64,000 nucleotides of DNA from Zygnema circumcarinatum SAG 698-1b. Taxonomy: Eukaryota > Plantae > Zygnematophyceae. The notes below the pieces were generated by a model. That model was not told where the DNA came from. It did not search any database and was given only the letters and a program-made list of their open reading frames with translations. Below are positions 42,168 through 54,502 of the stretch, piece after piece (position 1 is the stretch's first letter; every line of letters begins with the position of its first letter). Where the stretch lies: the NCBI GenBank assembly GCA_037447605.1, contig CM074814.1, positions 186,001 through 250,000 of the forward strand. The letters run 5' to 3'. The translations under genes and the position numbers were made by a program.

Positions 42168-45100
42168 TCAACTTGAAGGGACGACGGGGACCTTCACGAA
42201 CCTTTTCCAGAACCAGTGGTTTTCCAGTTTTACGATTGTGGATTCAATCGGACAGTTTTTAGTCTGCCCACCAAACGGACCCGTTTAGTATAAAGATACC
42301 AAATTCTTTACTAAAGTTACAGATATGGTTTTTGCAGTTACTTATATGGGTTTTAAGCTCAAAAGATCGGGTGTATGGGAAATGCTTGAAAAAATAAATG
42401 CAGCTTTTCATTAACTGGTTGATTAATAACTTTTTGTAATGAAAAAACGAGTGCGTATAGTCATAGCGTTGTTAAGGAAGAGAGCGAAGATTTTGCGAAT
42501 GTCAATAAGCATAGAAGGATGATGGTTGACCATTGGTAACAGCATAGAGTACAAAACTATGACCTAAAGGTAGGGTGCTTATTACCTCGGGGATGAGGAA
42601 GGCGGCGAAAAATGTCATGATGACGACAAACCCGGCGAAGAAGAGGAAAGTGTCCCATTGGAAGGAGCACAGCATTGACAGGAAGAACTGGCCAATAATA
42701 AATGTGAACAAGAAGTTTGTTGCCACATTGATAGATTGCCCGATTGAGCGAACTTCCAAAGGACAGATCTCAGCTGGAATGAGCCATGCTAGGGGTCCTG
42801 CACAAAGGACAAGCGGCGCTAAGGAAATAACATACTCCGCTTCAGCGACACCAATGTGGACTGCGGAATGCACAATGTCCCTCTTCAATTGCAGTTTGGA
42901 GCGGGGCAAAGACCCAAAAGGCACAGGAATCAAAACAGCATTAAGGATGGAAAAAAAAAAAAAAAAAAAAAAGGAAATAGGGAGAATGATGGTTTGTGGC
43001 TCACCCCACGACCAAGCAAAGCAGCTGATAAACACGCAGACCAATACAATGACAGCAATCGCATAGTTGTCTGCCAGTGTTGCCGTCTTGAATTTGAGGC
43101 CGAGAATGATCGCAATAGCGACATCGGCACAAAACATCTGCACGCCCGCCTCTATCAATAGCGGCTTCCTTCCGACTCGGTCGACTAAGAAGACCGCGAC
43201 AAGGGTGGAAACGACATTGACAGCACCGATGATTATGGTGGACAGAAGGGCGCTGCTTTGACCAGAGCCCAAACTGTTGAATAGCTGCGGAGCGTAAAAT
43301 ATAATGATGTTTATTCCAGTGAATTGCTGGAAGTGAGGCATCAGGGTGCAGATCAAAAGCTGAGGGCGATACTTTCGACTGCAAGACAACAACAGAGCTT
43401 CCAGGTTTCAGAATTATGTGCTCGTTTTTCTCTCAAGATCACAGAGGACACTATAGGCTCTCTACATGGCAAAATGAGATGAAAAGCGATGGGTTGTAGT
43501 ACAAGGACAGGAACATGCTCAAAAGAAAGAGAAGCACATCAAAATGGACACCTTTCTGACCCCGCTGGATGACTTACGTGAAGATGGCTGTCCACCTTTC
43601 TTCAGCACTTTGAACACTCTGCACTGCATAGTTGATGTCATCATATTCTGCATCCACATCCTGCACACGAAGATATAGAGCAACGACAAGAAGATTACGT
43701 ACCGAGAAGACACAAAACTGTACAAACAGTCATGCTAGAAATTGTGTCCAACAATCGTCAGTAAAACAGACAGGAACAAGCAGTATCACTTTTGTAGGCC
43801 CGGTTCCAGACCTCCAGAGTCATGCAGTGTGAGTTTAGAATTTGAGAACTTCATGGCAACGACTGTAGAGTCGATTTAGTAACTATACCTCCACACCCCG
43901 AACACGCTGAAGTACTCGGCGACCCTCCTCGAATTTCCCTCTCTCTATCAGACTGTTAGGGGTGTCTGGCAGAAAGAGTCCGCCAAATAGAAGAATCGCG
44001 CTAGGTACGACTGCAGGATACGAGTCACACGTTAAAGTCAGAACGTCGAAGGCACCAAAAAGTTAAATTCGCATTCGGGAACCTTTGATGGTTTAGAATA
44101 CTTCTCCACCTCCAAAAAGGATAATACTAATTTAAGGACGAACAATTCAATGCATGTACAAGTTCAACTTTTCTCAATCTATCGTCCTGTCCGGTTACGT
44201 TTTCTCACTTGCTGCTCCAAGAGACAAGCGCCAGCCCCAGTTGTCGATATGTTGAGTCCCGTAGTTGATTAACTGAGCAGCGAAGATACCAATCGTAACT
44301 GCTACCTGTAGAACCACACAAGCCCGAAACCTAATCACATGTACTCCCATCTATGTGGACAACATATCATTAAAAAATGCCCCGATCTCCACGACGAAAG
44401 TATGTAGAGATAACGAGCCAGGTTTCTGTCTATTAGTTTTGCAATATTATGTCGCGACCGCTATCACAGACCACGGATTGAAATGGATTTGGAATGGTAA
44501 TGAGATGCAGACTGATGAAAACCTGGAAAAAAAAGAAAGGGCCCCGCGGAGATGGGCGGGTGCCATCTCTGAGTTATACAACGTAACGCACTGGTTCGCA
44601 AATCCAACGCCAAAACCAAGAAAAACTCGACCAACAACCAACATCGCCAGGTTAACTGCATCATTAAACAAACTCCACGTAAGAAATTTGACATTCTAAC
44701 AAAAAAAAAGGTCACTGAGTGACACTGCCATACAGCTGTTCTGCACAACGATCTAAGTGACAAGGTCTTGGACGAAGCTGCATAGGTTGCAAAGAACTTG
44801 CCAAGTTCTCTATTCTGGACAGCTAACAGTTTTACAAGTACAAAAAAGAGAACAATCGTAGCTTTCTTGGCAGATAAAGGAGAGAACGAGAACCTGCAGA
44901 GGTGACTAGAACGACCCCAGTGCAATAAGAAATAGCCGCAATGAGCGTCGAGGCTTGGCGACCCCAATATCGAGTGGTATAAGCTGCAGGAACGCTGTAA
45001 AAGAAAAGAAGACACTCAAAATGTCAGTTCCAAGACAAAGCGTGAGAAATCTTTTGGTGCGGATGCGTAACGAACGACGAGCGTCCGAGCAAGTACTGTC

Positions 45101-45788
45101 AAACAAAGCAGGATTACGCCAAATGTATCCAGAAGGTATCCTTCTTCAAGAGGCACTTCTCTTGATCAATTCCAATTCTCTATCTCATGCAAGAAAATCT
45201 GTGGATAAGCATCAATCAAAGAAAAAGAAACTTTTGATTGCATAAGTAAATTTTAGATCTCGTGCCAGGATAAAAAAATCAGCAATTTGCCGGTCTCACC
45301 TTCCCACCAAGCCAGCAATGAAGAGAGATGATGTAAACAGCTGCAGCAACTGGTTGTTGTACTTGCAATAAGCGCTGTTGTTGCCAATACCTTCTTCTTG
45401 AGCCGTTAAGACTGCTGGAAAGAACTTTGACAGAAAGGAACGCATTGCAGTTACCCCTCCGGTGACTCCATTGTCATATCTACACATCGTATAAAGCAGT
45501 CGACGTAGCTGCTCAATTAGTTTTAGCTGTATGTAATCGAGAAATTCAAGAAATTTTGAATTCATGCAATCTTACAAAAAAGTGGAGCTCACTTTCTCTC
45601 TCTTTCTCTCTTCCCCTCGCACTTTTTCGAGCTCATGTTTGAAAGCGAATTCAAACCATAACTTACCCAAACAGCAAGCCTCCGCTAGCAGCGATGATAC
45701 TTGTGAACAAAACGAAAATGGTCAGCCCACCATTATACCGCGCCAAGGACTGTCCTGGCGGGCCAACGGGTACAACTCCTCCTGCCAT
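42168..45788 (-). pseudogene. STP: STP/HUP-family hexose:H+ symporter, left copy; apparently damaged (1-nt deletion near 44530, 20-nt deletion truncating the C-terminus)
   Basis: Same exon set as the + copy. ...GCC CTT TCT TTT TTT TCC AG|gt is 1 nt shorter than the + copy. The C-terminus ends VPVVPSS* at 42168. Radical changes include GINI, PHFQQ and WDTF. The frameshift sits in a homopolymer and could be an error. Confidence 0.6.
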
Positions 45789-48700
45789 TTTCAAGCTGGC
45801 TGAAAGCCACAGTCGACGACCTGATAATACCAATCACATGCAAGCAGAGGAATAACTTTAACGTATTTAAATTGTGTATGCATTTTAAAGATGCTCAGCA
45901 GAGCAAACTAGGGGACTTAGTCCACATTTTTCTCAGGATTTATCTCGTCGTTGCCAACGTCTTTAGACACTCGTTTTGAATATGACCGAATGAGCGGCAT
46001 TTGTAACGGAAAAGTATCAGGCTCGGAAAACCCCTCTTATGTGAGGAAAAAATCAGAGAAAGAAGAACCTTGACAAGTAGAGACTCTTCTGACCCGCAAA
46101 AACAGAATCACGGATTATTTTAGATAAATAATTGAAAGAGTTCCCAATCCGACTATGAAAAGTGTCATCACGTGAGCCAAGGGAAGGTCAATAAAACTGG
46201 TATGCCTACTTCGAGCCAAGCATGCAAAGTCTTGCTCAAATGCAGCAAGATGGTCAAGCTCTTGCAAACTTTAACATCTTTGAGAGGTCGAGGGAAAACG
46301 AGTGTGATAACTAAGAAACACACATACACTTACAAACATTCATACGCATGCATACTCACAGAAAAAAATAGCCATAAAAATCCGATCTATAAGAATCCTG
46401 CTCAAAACACTGCAGAATCGTGAAAACGTAGAAATACCAGCAACAGCAGCCCTTCTCTTTGGCTGCTGATGCAAGAAGCCTAACAATCCGCCTTATAACA
46501 GGAGAACTGAAGCTCCAAGGCACGCAGAAATGGCGGCTACAGGCGCTCCTGCTTCTTCTTCTCCTCTGCCACTGCAAGGGCCTCGCCTCGCCTCCCTCGG
46601 TCGTTGCAGCTGCAGCGGGCCTCTTATCCATTCAAACACTGTGCCAACTTCCAAGAACTTTCAGTCGACGGCGGTTCCGAAATCCGTCAACGTCTTGACC
46701 GACAGTGACGCAAGAAGTCGGCCCACCGACTTTACGCAGAACGGACGCGTACCATTTTGGGTGGAAAATTCCTTGAAGATGTCCTCCAATGAAAGATCGC
46801 CACGTAGGATTACATACACACTTGACATGCTTGTATTTGTCCACGTGAGCGATTTATACGCTTATTGGATTTTACGATCCTCTCTACAAACCGCGCGATC
46901 CCGTCGAGCTGTCGTTATCAGTTTGCGGGCAGAAAGGTTGGATTTCCGCTGACGGTGACGTCACATCCTAACGGAAGCGGTCAGGCCGGACTAGTCCTCC
47001 CTCGGGCGCATTCGATACACCGCCACGTGGATTCCAATGATCTCGCCACGTGGCAACTCTCAGAGAGGCTGACCGACAGGCGACGACCTCGTCAAAGGCC
47101 TATCTGACGTGGCAATCGCTCGTGGAGCTGCCACGTCGTGACATCTGCAAGACTGCGGCTTTTTGATCGACACGTGGATATGAATAGAGCGGAAGAGCGA
47201 CCACCTGCCGCAGAATCTGCCACGTGGAGGAACTGTGAGAAAGGCAGGGTTTGGACCAGCTGGTTGTCTCGTGGCGGATGGGATGACTGTCATGCAAGCG
47301 GCCTGCGGCAGCGTCAGCCGTCAGCCGTCAGCCGTCAGCCGTCATCCGTCAGCCGTCAGGTTTGCAGACGGCCGGCCGGCGGGCTCGCCAGGTCCTGCCT
47401 GGGGCCGGTACGGACAGAGTGTACGGAATTGCTCGGGACGAGAGTCAGGAGACTCAGGACTTAGGGTGGGCATGAAGTCAAGGGACGAGGCAGGGACTTT
47501 CAGAGGTTTAGATTTCAGACGTTCTGATATCTGGATTCGGACGTTCTGAAAGATATCTGAAAGATATCTGAAAGATTCAGAGTTTTGAACTGCGACATAG
47601 AACCTGACAAACCTGACGACTGACGGCTGACGGCTGCCGGCCGCTGCCTGACCGTCATCCACAGGTGACGACCCGCCGGTCCAAACCCTGCCTTTCTCCG
47701 AGTTCCTCTCCTCCACGTGGCAGCTTCTGCTGCAGGTGGTCCCGCTTCCGCTCTATTCTTTTCCATATGTCGATCAATAAGCCGCAGCCTATCCAAGGTT
47801 TTCCACGTGTCAGCCCCAGAGAGCGTTCGCCACGTCAGACAAGTCTATGACGAGGACGTCGCCTGTCGGTGATCTGCTACGTGGCGAATTGTTTGGACTC
47901 CACGTGGTGGAGTATTGGATCGCGTCCGAGGGAGGACTGGTCCGGCCTGACCGCTTCCGTCAGGATGTGACGTCACCATCAGCGGAAATCCAACCTTTCT
48001 GCCCGCAGACTGATAACGACGGCCTCACGGATCGCGCGGTTTGCAGAGGATCGTATGATACAATACTGACGTGGACCAATAGGAAATAAGTCACGTGTAC
48101 ATTTAGTCCTACGTGGCAAACTTCCATTGGCGAACGTCTTCAAGGAATTTTGCATCCAAAATGGTACGCGTCTGTTCTGCGAAAAGTCGGTGGGCCGACT
48201 TCTGGCGTCACTGTCGGTCGAGACGTCGACGGATTTCGGAACCGCCGTCGACTGAAAGTCCTTGGAAGTTGGCAGAGTGTTTGAATGGATAGAGGGCCGC
48301 TGCAGCTGCAACTACAACTAGGAGGCGAAGCGAAGCGAGGCTCGTGCAGGAGTAGGAGCAGAAGAAGAAGCAGGAGCGCCTGTAGCCGCAATTTCTGCGC
48401 GCCTTGGAGCTTCGGTTCTCCTCTTATAAGGCGGATTGTTAGGCTTCTTGCTAAAGGGAAGGGCTGCTGCTGCTGCTGCTGCTTCCCTCATTGCAGTGCA
48501 GAGTTTTTGTGGACGAATTACATTGAAATCATTTGGTAAGTGCGCTTGCTGTTTTGGAAGTCTTGCCGCATTCAAGAATTGCTTCTCCAAGTAGGATAGC
48601 GAAAATATCATAAGCTTCCAGCTGCACATTGGCTGCAATCACCTACCTGATATTTCAGCAGATTTCTTGCGTTCTATGGCCTCAGATTGCTTTGCCGTTT

Positions 48701-49304
48701 GAAGATTATTTGCTGCATTCAACCAGCTTTCGATCCTGTTTATTCAATTTTTTGACTGCTTATCAGTGTCAAAATATTTCCTCTTAATTGATTGATTTAT
48801 CCTCAAAGATGTTAAACTTTGCAAGAGCCTGATCATCTTGCTGTATTTCAGCAAGAATTTTCATGCTTGGCTCGTTGATGTAGGCATACCAGCTGTGTTG
48901 ACCTTCCCTTGGCTCACCGTGCTGACACTTTTCGTAGTCGGATATGGAATTCTTTTGATTTACTTATCTAAACTAAGCCGTGTTTCTGACGTTTTTGCGG
49001 GTCAGAAGAGTCTCTTCTTGTCAAGGTTCTTATTTCTCTGATTTTTTCCTCACATAAGAGGGGTTTCCGAGCCTCATAATTTTCCGTTACAAATGCCGTA
49101 CATTTGGTCATCTACAAAACGAGTGTCTGAAGACGTTGGCAATGACGAGATAGATCCTGAGAAAAATGCGGACTAAGTACCCTAGTTTGCTCTGCTGAGC
49201 ATCTTTAAAATGCATGCACAGTTCAATTACGTTAAAGTTATTCCTCTGCTTGCATGTGATTGGTACTATCAGGTCGTCGACTGTGGCTTTCAGCCAGCTT
49301 GAAA

Positions 49305-52300
49305 ATGGCAGGAGGAGTTGTACCCGTTGGCCCGCCAGGACAGTCCGTGGCGCGGTATAATGGTGGGCTGACCATTTTCGTTTTGTTCACAAGTATCATC
49401 GCTGCTAGCGGAGGCTTGCTGTTTGGGTAAGTTATGGTTTGAATTTGCTTTCAAACATGAGCTTACAAACGTGCGAGAGGAGAACGCGAGCTCCACTTTT
49501 TTGTATGATTGCATGAATTAAAATTTTCTTGAATTTTTCGATTACATGCAGTTAGAACTAAAAAGAGCAGCTGCGTCGACTGCTTTATACGATGTGCAGA
49601 TATGACAATGGAGTCACCGGAGGGGTAACTGCAATGCGTTCCTTTCTGTCAAAGTTCTTTCCAGCAGTCTTAACGGCTGAAGAAGAAGGCATTGGCAACA
49701 ACAGCGCTTATTGCAAGTACAACAACCAGATGCTGCAGCTGTTTACATCATCTCTCTTCATTGCTGGCTTGGTGGGAAGGTGAGACCGGCAAACTGCTGA
49801 TTTTTTTTTCCTGGCACGAGATCTAAAATTTACTTATGCAATCAAAAGTTTCTTTTCCTTTGATTGATGCTTATCCACAGATTTTCTTGCTTGAGATAGA
49901 GAATTGGAATTGATCAAGAGAAGTGCCTCTTGAAGAAGGATACCTTCTGGATACATTTCGCGTAATCTTGCTTTGTTTGGCAGTACTTGCTCGGACGCTC
50001 GTCGTTCGTTACACCTTTCGGACCAAAAGATTTCTCACGCTTTGTCTTGGAACTGGCATTTTGAGCCTCTTCCTTTCTTTTGTAGCGTTCCTGCAGCTTA
50101 CACCACTCGATATTGGGGCCGCAAAGCCTCCATGCTCATTGCGGCTATTTCTTATTGCACTGGGGTCATCCTAGTCACTTCTGCAGGTTATCGTTCTTTC
50201 TTCTTCTGCCAAGAAAGCTACGATTATTCTTTTTTTTGTACTTGTAAACTGTTGCCTGTCCAGAGTAGAGAACTTGGCAAGTTCTTTGCAACCTATGCAG
50301 CTTCGTCCAAGACCTTGTCACTTAGATCGTTGTGCAGAACAGCTGTATGGCAGTGTCACTCAGTGACCTTTTTTTTTGTTAGAATGTCAAATTTCTTACG
50401 TGGAGTTTGTTTAATGATGCAGTTAACCTGGCGATGTTGGTTGTTGGTCGAGTTTTTCTTGGTTTTGGCGTTGGATTTGCGAACCAGTGCGTTACGTTGT
50501 ATAACTCAGAGATGGCACCCGCCCATCTCCGCGGGGCTCTTAATATATTTTTCCAGGTTCTCATCAGTCTGCATCTCATTTCCATTCCATCATAGCTGTT
50601 GCGAAAGAATATTGCAAAACTAATAGACAAAAACCTTGTTCGTTATCTTTACATACCTTCGTAGTAAATATTGGGGCATTTTTTAATGATATGTTGTCCA
50701 CATAGATGGGAGTACGTGTGATTAGGTTTTGGGCTTGTGTGTTTCTACAGTTGGCAGTTACGATCGGTATCTTCGCTGCTCAGTTAATCAACTACGGGAC
50801 TCAACATATCGACAACTGGGGCTGGCGCTTGTCTCTTGGAGCAGCAAGTGAGAAAACGTAACCAGACAGGACGATAGATTGAGAAAAAATTAGCTTGTAC
50901 ATGCATTGAATTGTTCGTCCTTAAATTAGTATTATCCTTTTTGGAGGTGGAGAAGTATTTTAAACCATCAAAGGTTCCCGAATGCGAATTCAACTTTTTG
51001 GTGCCTTTCGACGTTCTGACTTTAACGTGTGACTCGTATCCTGCAGTCGTACCTAGCGTGATTCTTCTATTTGGCGGCCTCTTTCTGCCAGATACCCCTA
51101 ACAGTCTGATAGAGAGAGGGAAATTCGAGGAGGGTCGCCGAGTACTTCAGCGTGTTCGGGGTGTGGAGGTATAGTTACTAAATCGACTCTACAGTCGTTG
51201 CCATGAAGTTCTCAAATTCTAAACTCACACTGCATGACTCTGGAGGTCTGACACACGGCCTACAAAATTGATACTGCTTGTTCCTGTCTGTTTTACTGAC
51301 GATTGTTGGACGCAATTTCTGGCATGACTGTTTTTACAGTTTTGTGTCTTCTCGGTACGTAATCTTCTTGTCGTTGCTCTATATCTTCGTGTGCAGGATG
51401 TGGATGCAGAATATGATGACATCAAGTATGCAGTGCAGAGTGTTCAAAGTGCTGAAGAAAGGTGGACAGCCATCTTCACGTAAGTCATCCAGCGGGGTCA
51501 GAAAGGTGTCCATTTTGATGTGCTTCTCTTTCGTTTGAGCATGTTCCTGTCCTTGTACTACAACCCATCGCTTTTCATCTCATTTTGCCTATGTAGAGAG
51601 CCTATAGTGTCCTCTGTGATCTTGAGAGAAAAACGAGCACATAATTCTGAAACCTGGAAGCTCTGTTGTTGTCTTGCAGTCGAAAGTATCGCCCTCAGCT
51701 TTTGATCTGCACCCTGATGCCTCTCTTCCAGCAATTCACAGGAATAAACGCCATTATATTTTACGCTCCGCAGCTATTCAATAGTTTGGGCTCTGGTCAA
51801 AGCAGCGCCCTCCTATCCACGATAATTATCGGTGCTGTCAATGTCGTTTCCACCCTTGTCGCGGTCTTCTTAGTCGACCGAGTCGGAAGGAAGCCGCTAT
51901 TGATAGAGGCGGGCGTGCAGATGTTTTGTGCCGAAGTCGCTATTGCGATCATTCTCGGCCTCAAATTCAAGACCGCAACACTGGCAGACAACTATGCGAT
52001 TGCTGTCATTGTATTGGTCTGCGTGTTTGTCAGCTGCTTCGCTTGGTCGTGGGGTGAGCCGCAAACCATTATTCTCCATTTTTCTTATTCTGTTCTTTCT
52101 TTTTTTTATCCATCCTTAATGCTGTTTTCATTCCTGTGCCTTTGGAGTCTTTGCCCCGCTTTAAACTGCAATTGAAGAGGAACATTGTTCATTCCGCAGT
52201 CCGCATTGGTGTTGCTGAAGCGGAGTATGTTATTTCCTTAGCGCCGCTTGTCCTTTGTGCAGGACCCCTAGCATGGCTCATTCCATCTGAGATCTGTCCT

Positions 52301-52926
52301 TTGGAAGTTCGCTCAATCGGGCAATCTATCAATGTGGCAACAAACTTCTTGTTCACATTTATTATTGGCCAGTTCTTCCTGTCAATGCTGTGCTCCTTCC
52401 AATGGGGCATTTTCCTCTTCTTCGCCGGGTTTGTCGTCATCATGACATTTTTCGCCGCCTTCCTTATCCCCGAGGTAATAACCATCCCCTTCCTTTAGGT
52501 TATAGTTTCGTACTCTGTTACAAATTGTCAACCAGTATTCTTTTATGCTTATTGACACTGGCAAAATCTTCGCTTTCTTCGTTAACAACGCTATGACTAC
52601 ACGCAATCGTTTTTTCATTACAAAAAAGGTATTAATCAACTAATTAAAGGGTGCATTCACTGTTTCAAGCACTTTCCATACACCCGATCTCCTTGCGCTT
52701 AAACTCATAAACTCATACATATCTGTATCTTTATTAAAAAATAAAGAATTTGGTATCTTTATACTAAATTGGCCCGTTTGGTGGACAGACTAAGAACTGT
52801 CCGATTGAATCCACAATTGTGAAACTGGAAAACCACTGGTTCTGGAAAAGGTTCGTGAAGGTCCCCGTCGTCCCTTCAATTGCGATGCAAAAGTCGCACG
52901 TTGATGGCTCTACCGCTGCAGTATGA
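49305..52926 (+). CDS. STP: STP/HUP-family monosaccharide:H+ symporter (MFS), intact right copy, ~10 coding exons plus a 5'-UTR intron
   Basis: Motifs AASGGLLFG|[111 protein letters not shown]|TKNCPIE, HWFWKR. Confidence 0.95.
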
Positions 52927-54502
52927 TTCGGCTCTCCGATGGAAGCTCGTGAAGGCTACAGAAAGGCAAATGCTTGAAACGACAGCGGTTGAGAGTGTAC
53001 GCCTGATGATCCTCAAATCCGGCACCCTTCCTTTGTCAGGTGGTTGTGGCTCAGTTCGTCACATCTTTATGGACGGGTGTCTGGCAGTGTTGGGTTGATG
53101 CCAAACTATGCATATCGCGTAGTAATAATGATTTTTTCAGCGCGTGTTTTTTCTAATAAGCTCAGTTTGAGTCTAATTTTGGCCTAAGGGAGAGGTGGGA
53201 AGCGAGAGAGGTAGGAGTTGAAGTGACCCTTTGGAACTGTGAAGGGAGGGAGGGGTTGTGAGAAGGTTGGATAGGGGAGTGGGGGAGAGGGAAAGGCACT
53301 GTTCCAAGTGCTGTAACCTCTGGCCAAGGACTTCATACTGTATGACTTCGTTCCACCTGTTTTTCAATCGTATGCTCTTCTTTTCCAAGCATGTCCTCAA
53401 TCATACTTCCAATCAGAATGCATGCTCATATATCTTCCTGCATGCATATCAGTGAATGGACGAAGCGTATGCTGGAATGTGAAGGAGAAATGAGAGAGTG
53501 AGGGTGGGAGGGAACAAAAGTTGAGGAAGACGGAGCGTGATGGAGAGGGCCTGATATGGGAGAGGGAGAGAGGGAGAGAGTGGGAGAGGGCGGGTGAGAG
53601 GGAAAGGGAGAGGGAAACAAAAAAGGAGAGGGAGAGGGGAGGGGAGGGGGAGGAAACGGAGGGGGGGATGGAGGGAAGGGAAAGGGTGAGGGAAAGGACA
53701 GGGAGAGGGATGAGGGGACAAAAATAAATCCAGTCACCTCCCCATACATTCTATTCTCCCCTCCTAGCTTTCTAAAATCCATCCAGCACTGTTCCAACAA
53801 GATGTCCAATAAGTCTCAGGCTGAGGGTTTTGCTGACAGTCAACCACTGTCAGTTGGCCGGTCAATCGGTTCCATTCACTAATTCGAATAAATTTGAATT
53901 AGTCATGCAGCAATTGGAACAAGCCCAAGGCACGTCTCGGTACGTAGTCTCTGACACTACTCCTCCCTTTCCTGTCCCTTAGCGTCACAAAAATAAAGTG
54001 CTCAAACCCTGACTTTTCTCCGTATTTCCATGTCCCGCTTCCGCAAACTAAACTGAAGCAGCAACTGAAGCTGGCATGGAACTGGAGGAATAGCCGCCAA
54101 GCATACTAGGTCCCCCCACTGTCTACCACTGCGTCTTTAAACAACATAACTTTCAAAAGAGAGAATATCTGAACATGATAGCAAAGTTTTTTTTTTCTTT
54201 TTTAAACATAGAACGCTGGATTCTCCTTCGTGTCTGAACCCAACGTCCCTCCTCCATCTCTCCTCCCTCCCTCCTTCCTCTCCCTCTTTTGCCTTTCACT
54301 TCAATAGCCTACAATAGTTCATTCCTTCTTTTCTTTTAAGCTCCTTAGTTCATTTTCAGAGGGGATTGCTTCATGAAGAAAGGGTAGCAGGAGCCCTAGA
54401 AAGAATTATTCTGTGTCGCTCTTTGTCTCGCTCTTCATCTCTCTATTGCCGCTTCTCTATCTATTATTATTTTGTTTTCCCGTCCTGCTCTACCTCTCTC
54501 AT

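Larger units (their letters stand above)
41934..53141. repeat. ~11.2-kb inverted duplication (arms ~41934-47366 and ~47603-53141) carrying two STP genes head-to-head
   Basis: Exons, introns, UTRs and promoters align as reverse complements, e.g. GCTGAAAAAATCATTATTACTACGCG at 41934 vs its complement ending at 53141. Scattered substitutions and indels distinguish the arms. Confidence 0.95.

Noticed and set aside
41934-53141. STP inverted repeat as an assembly artefact
   Set aside because: There is no gap at the centre, and the arms differ by many substitutions, indels and a non-alignable segment.
53830-53908. Short hairpins (CTGACAGT..ACTGTCAG; ACTAATTC..GAATTAGT), also GCCTAAGCAC..GTGCTTAGGC near 28180-28210
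   Set aside because: Stems are too short to call an ncRNA or element; no TSD or family features.
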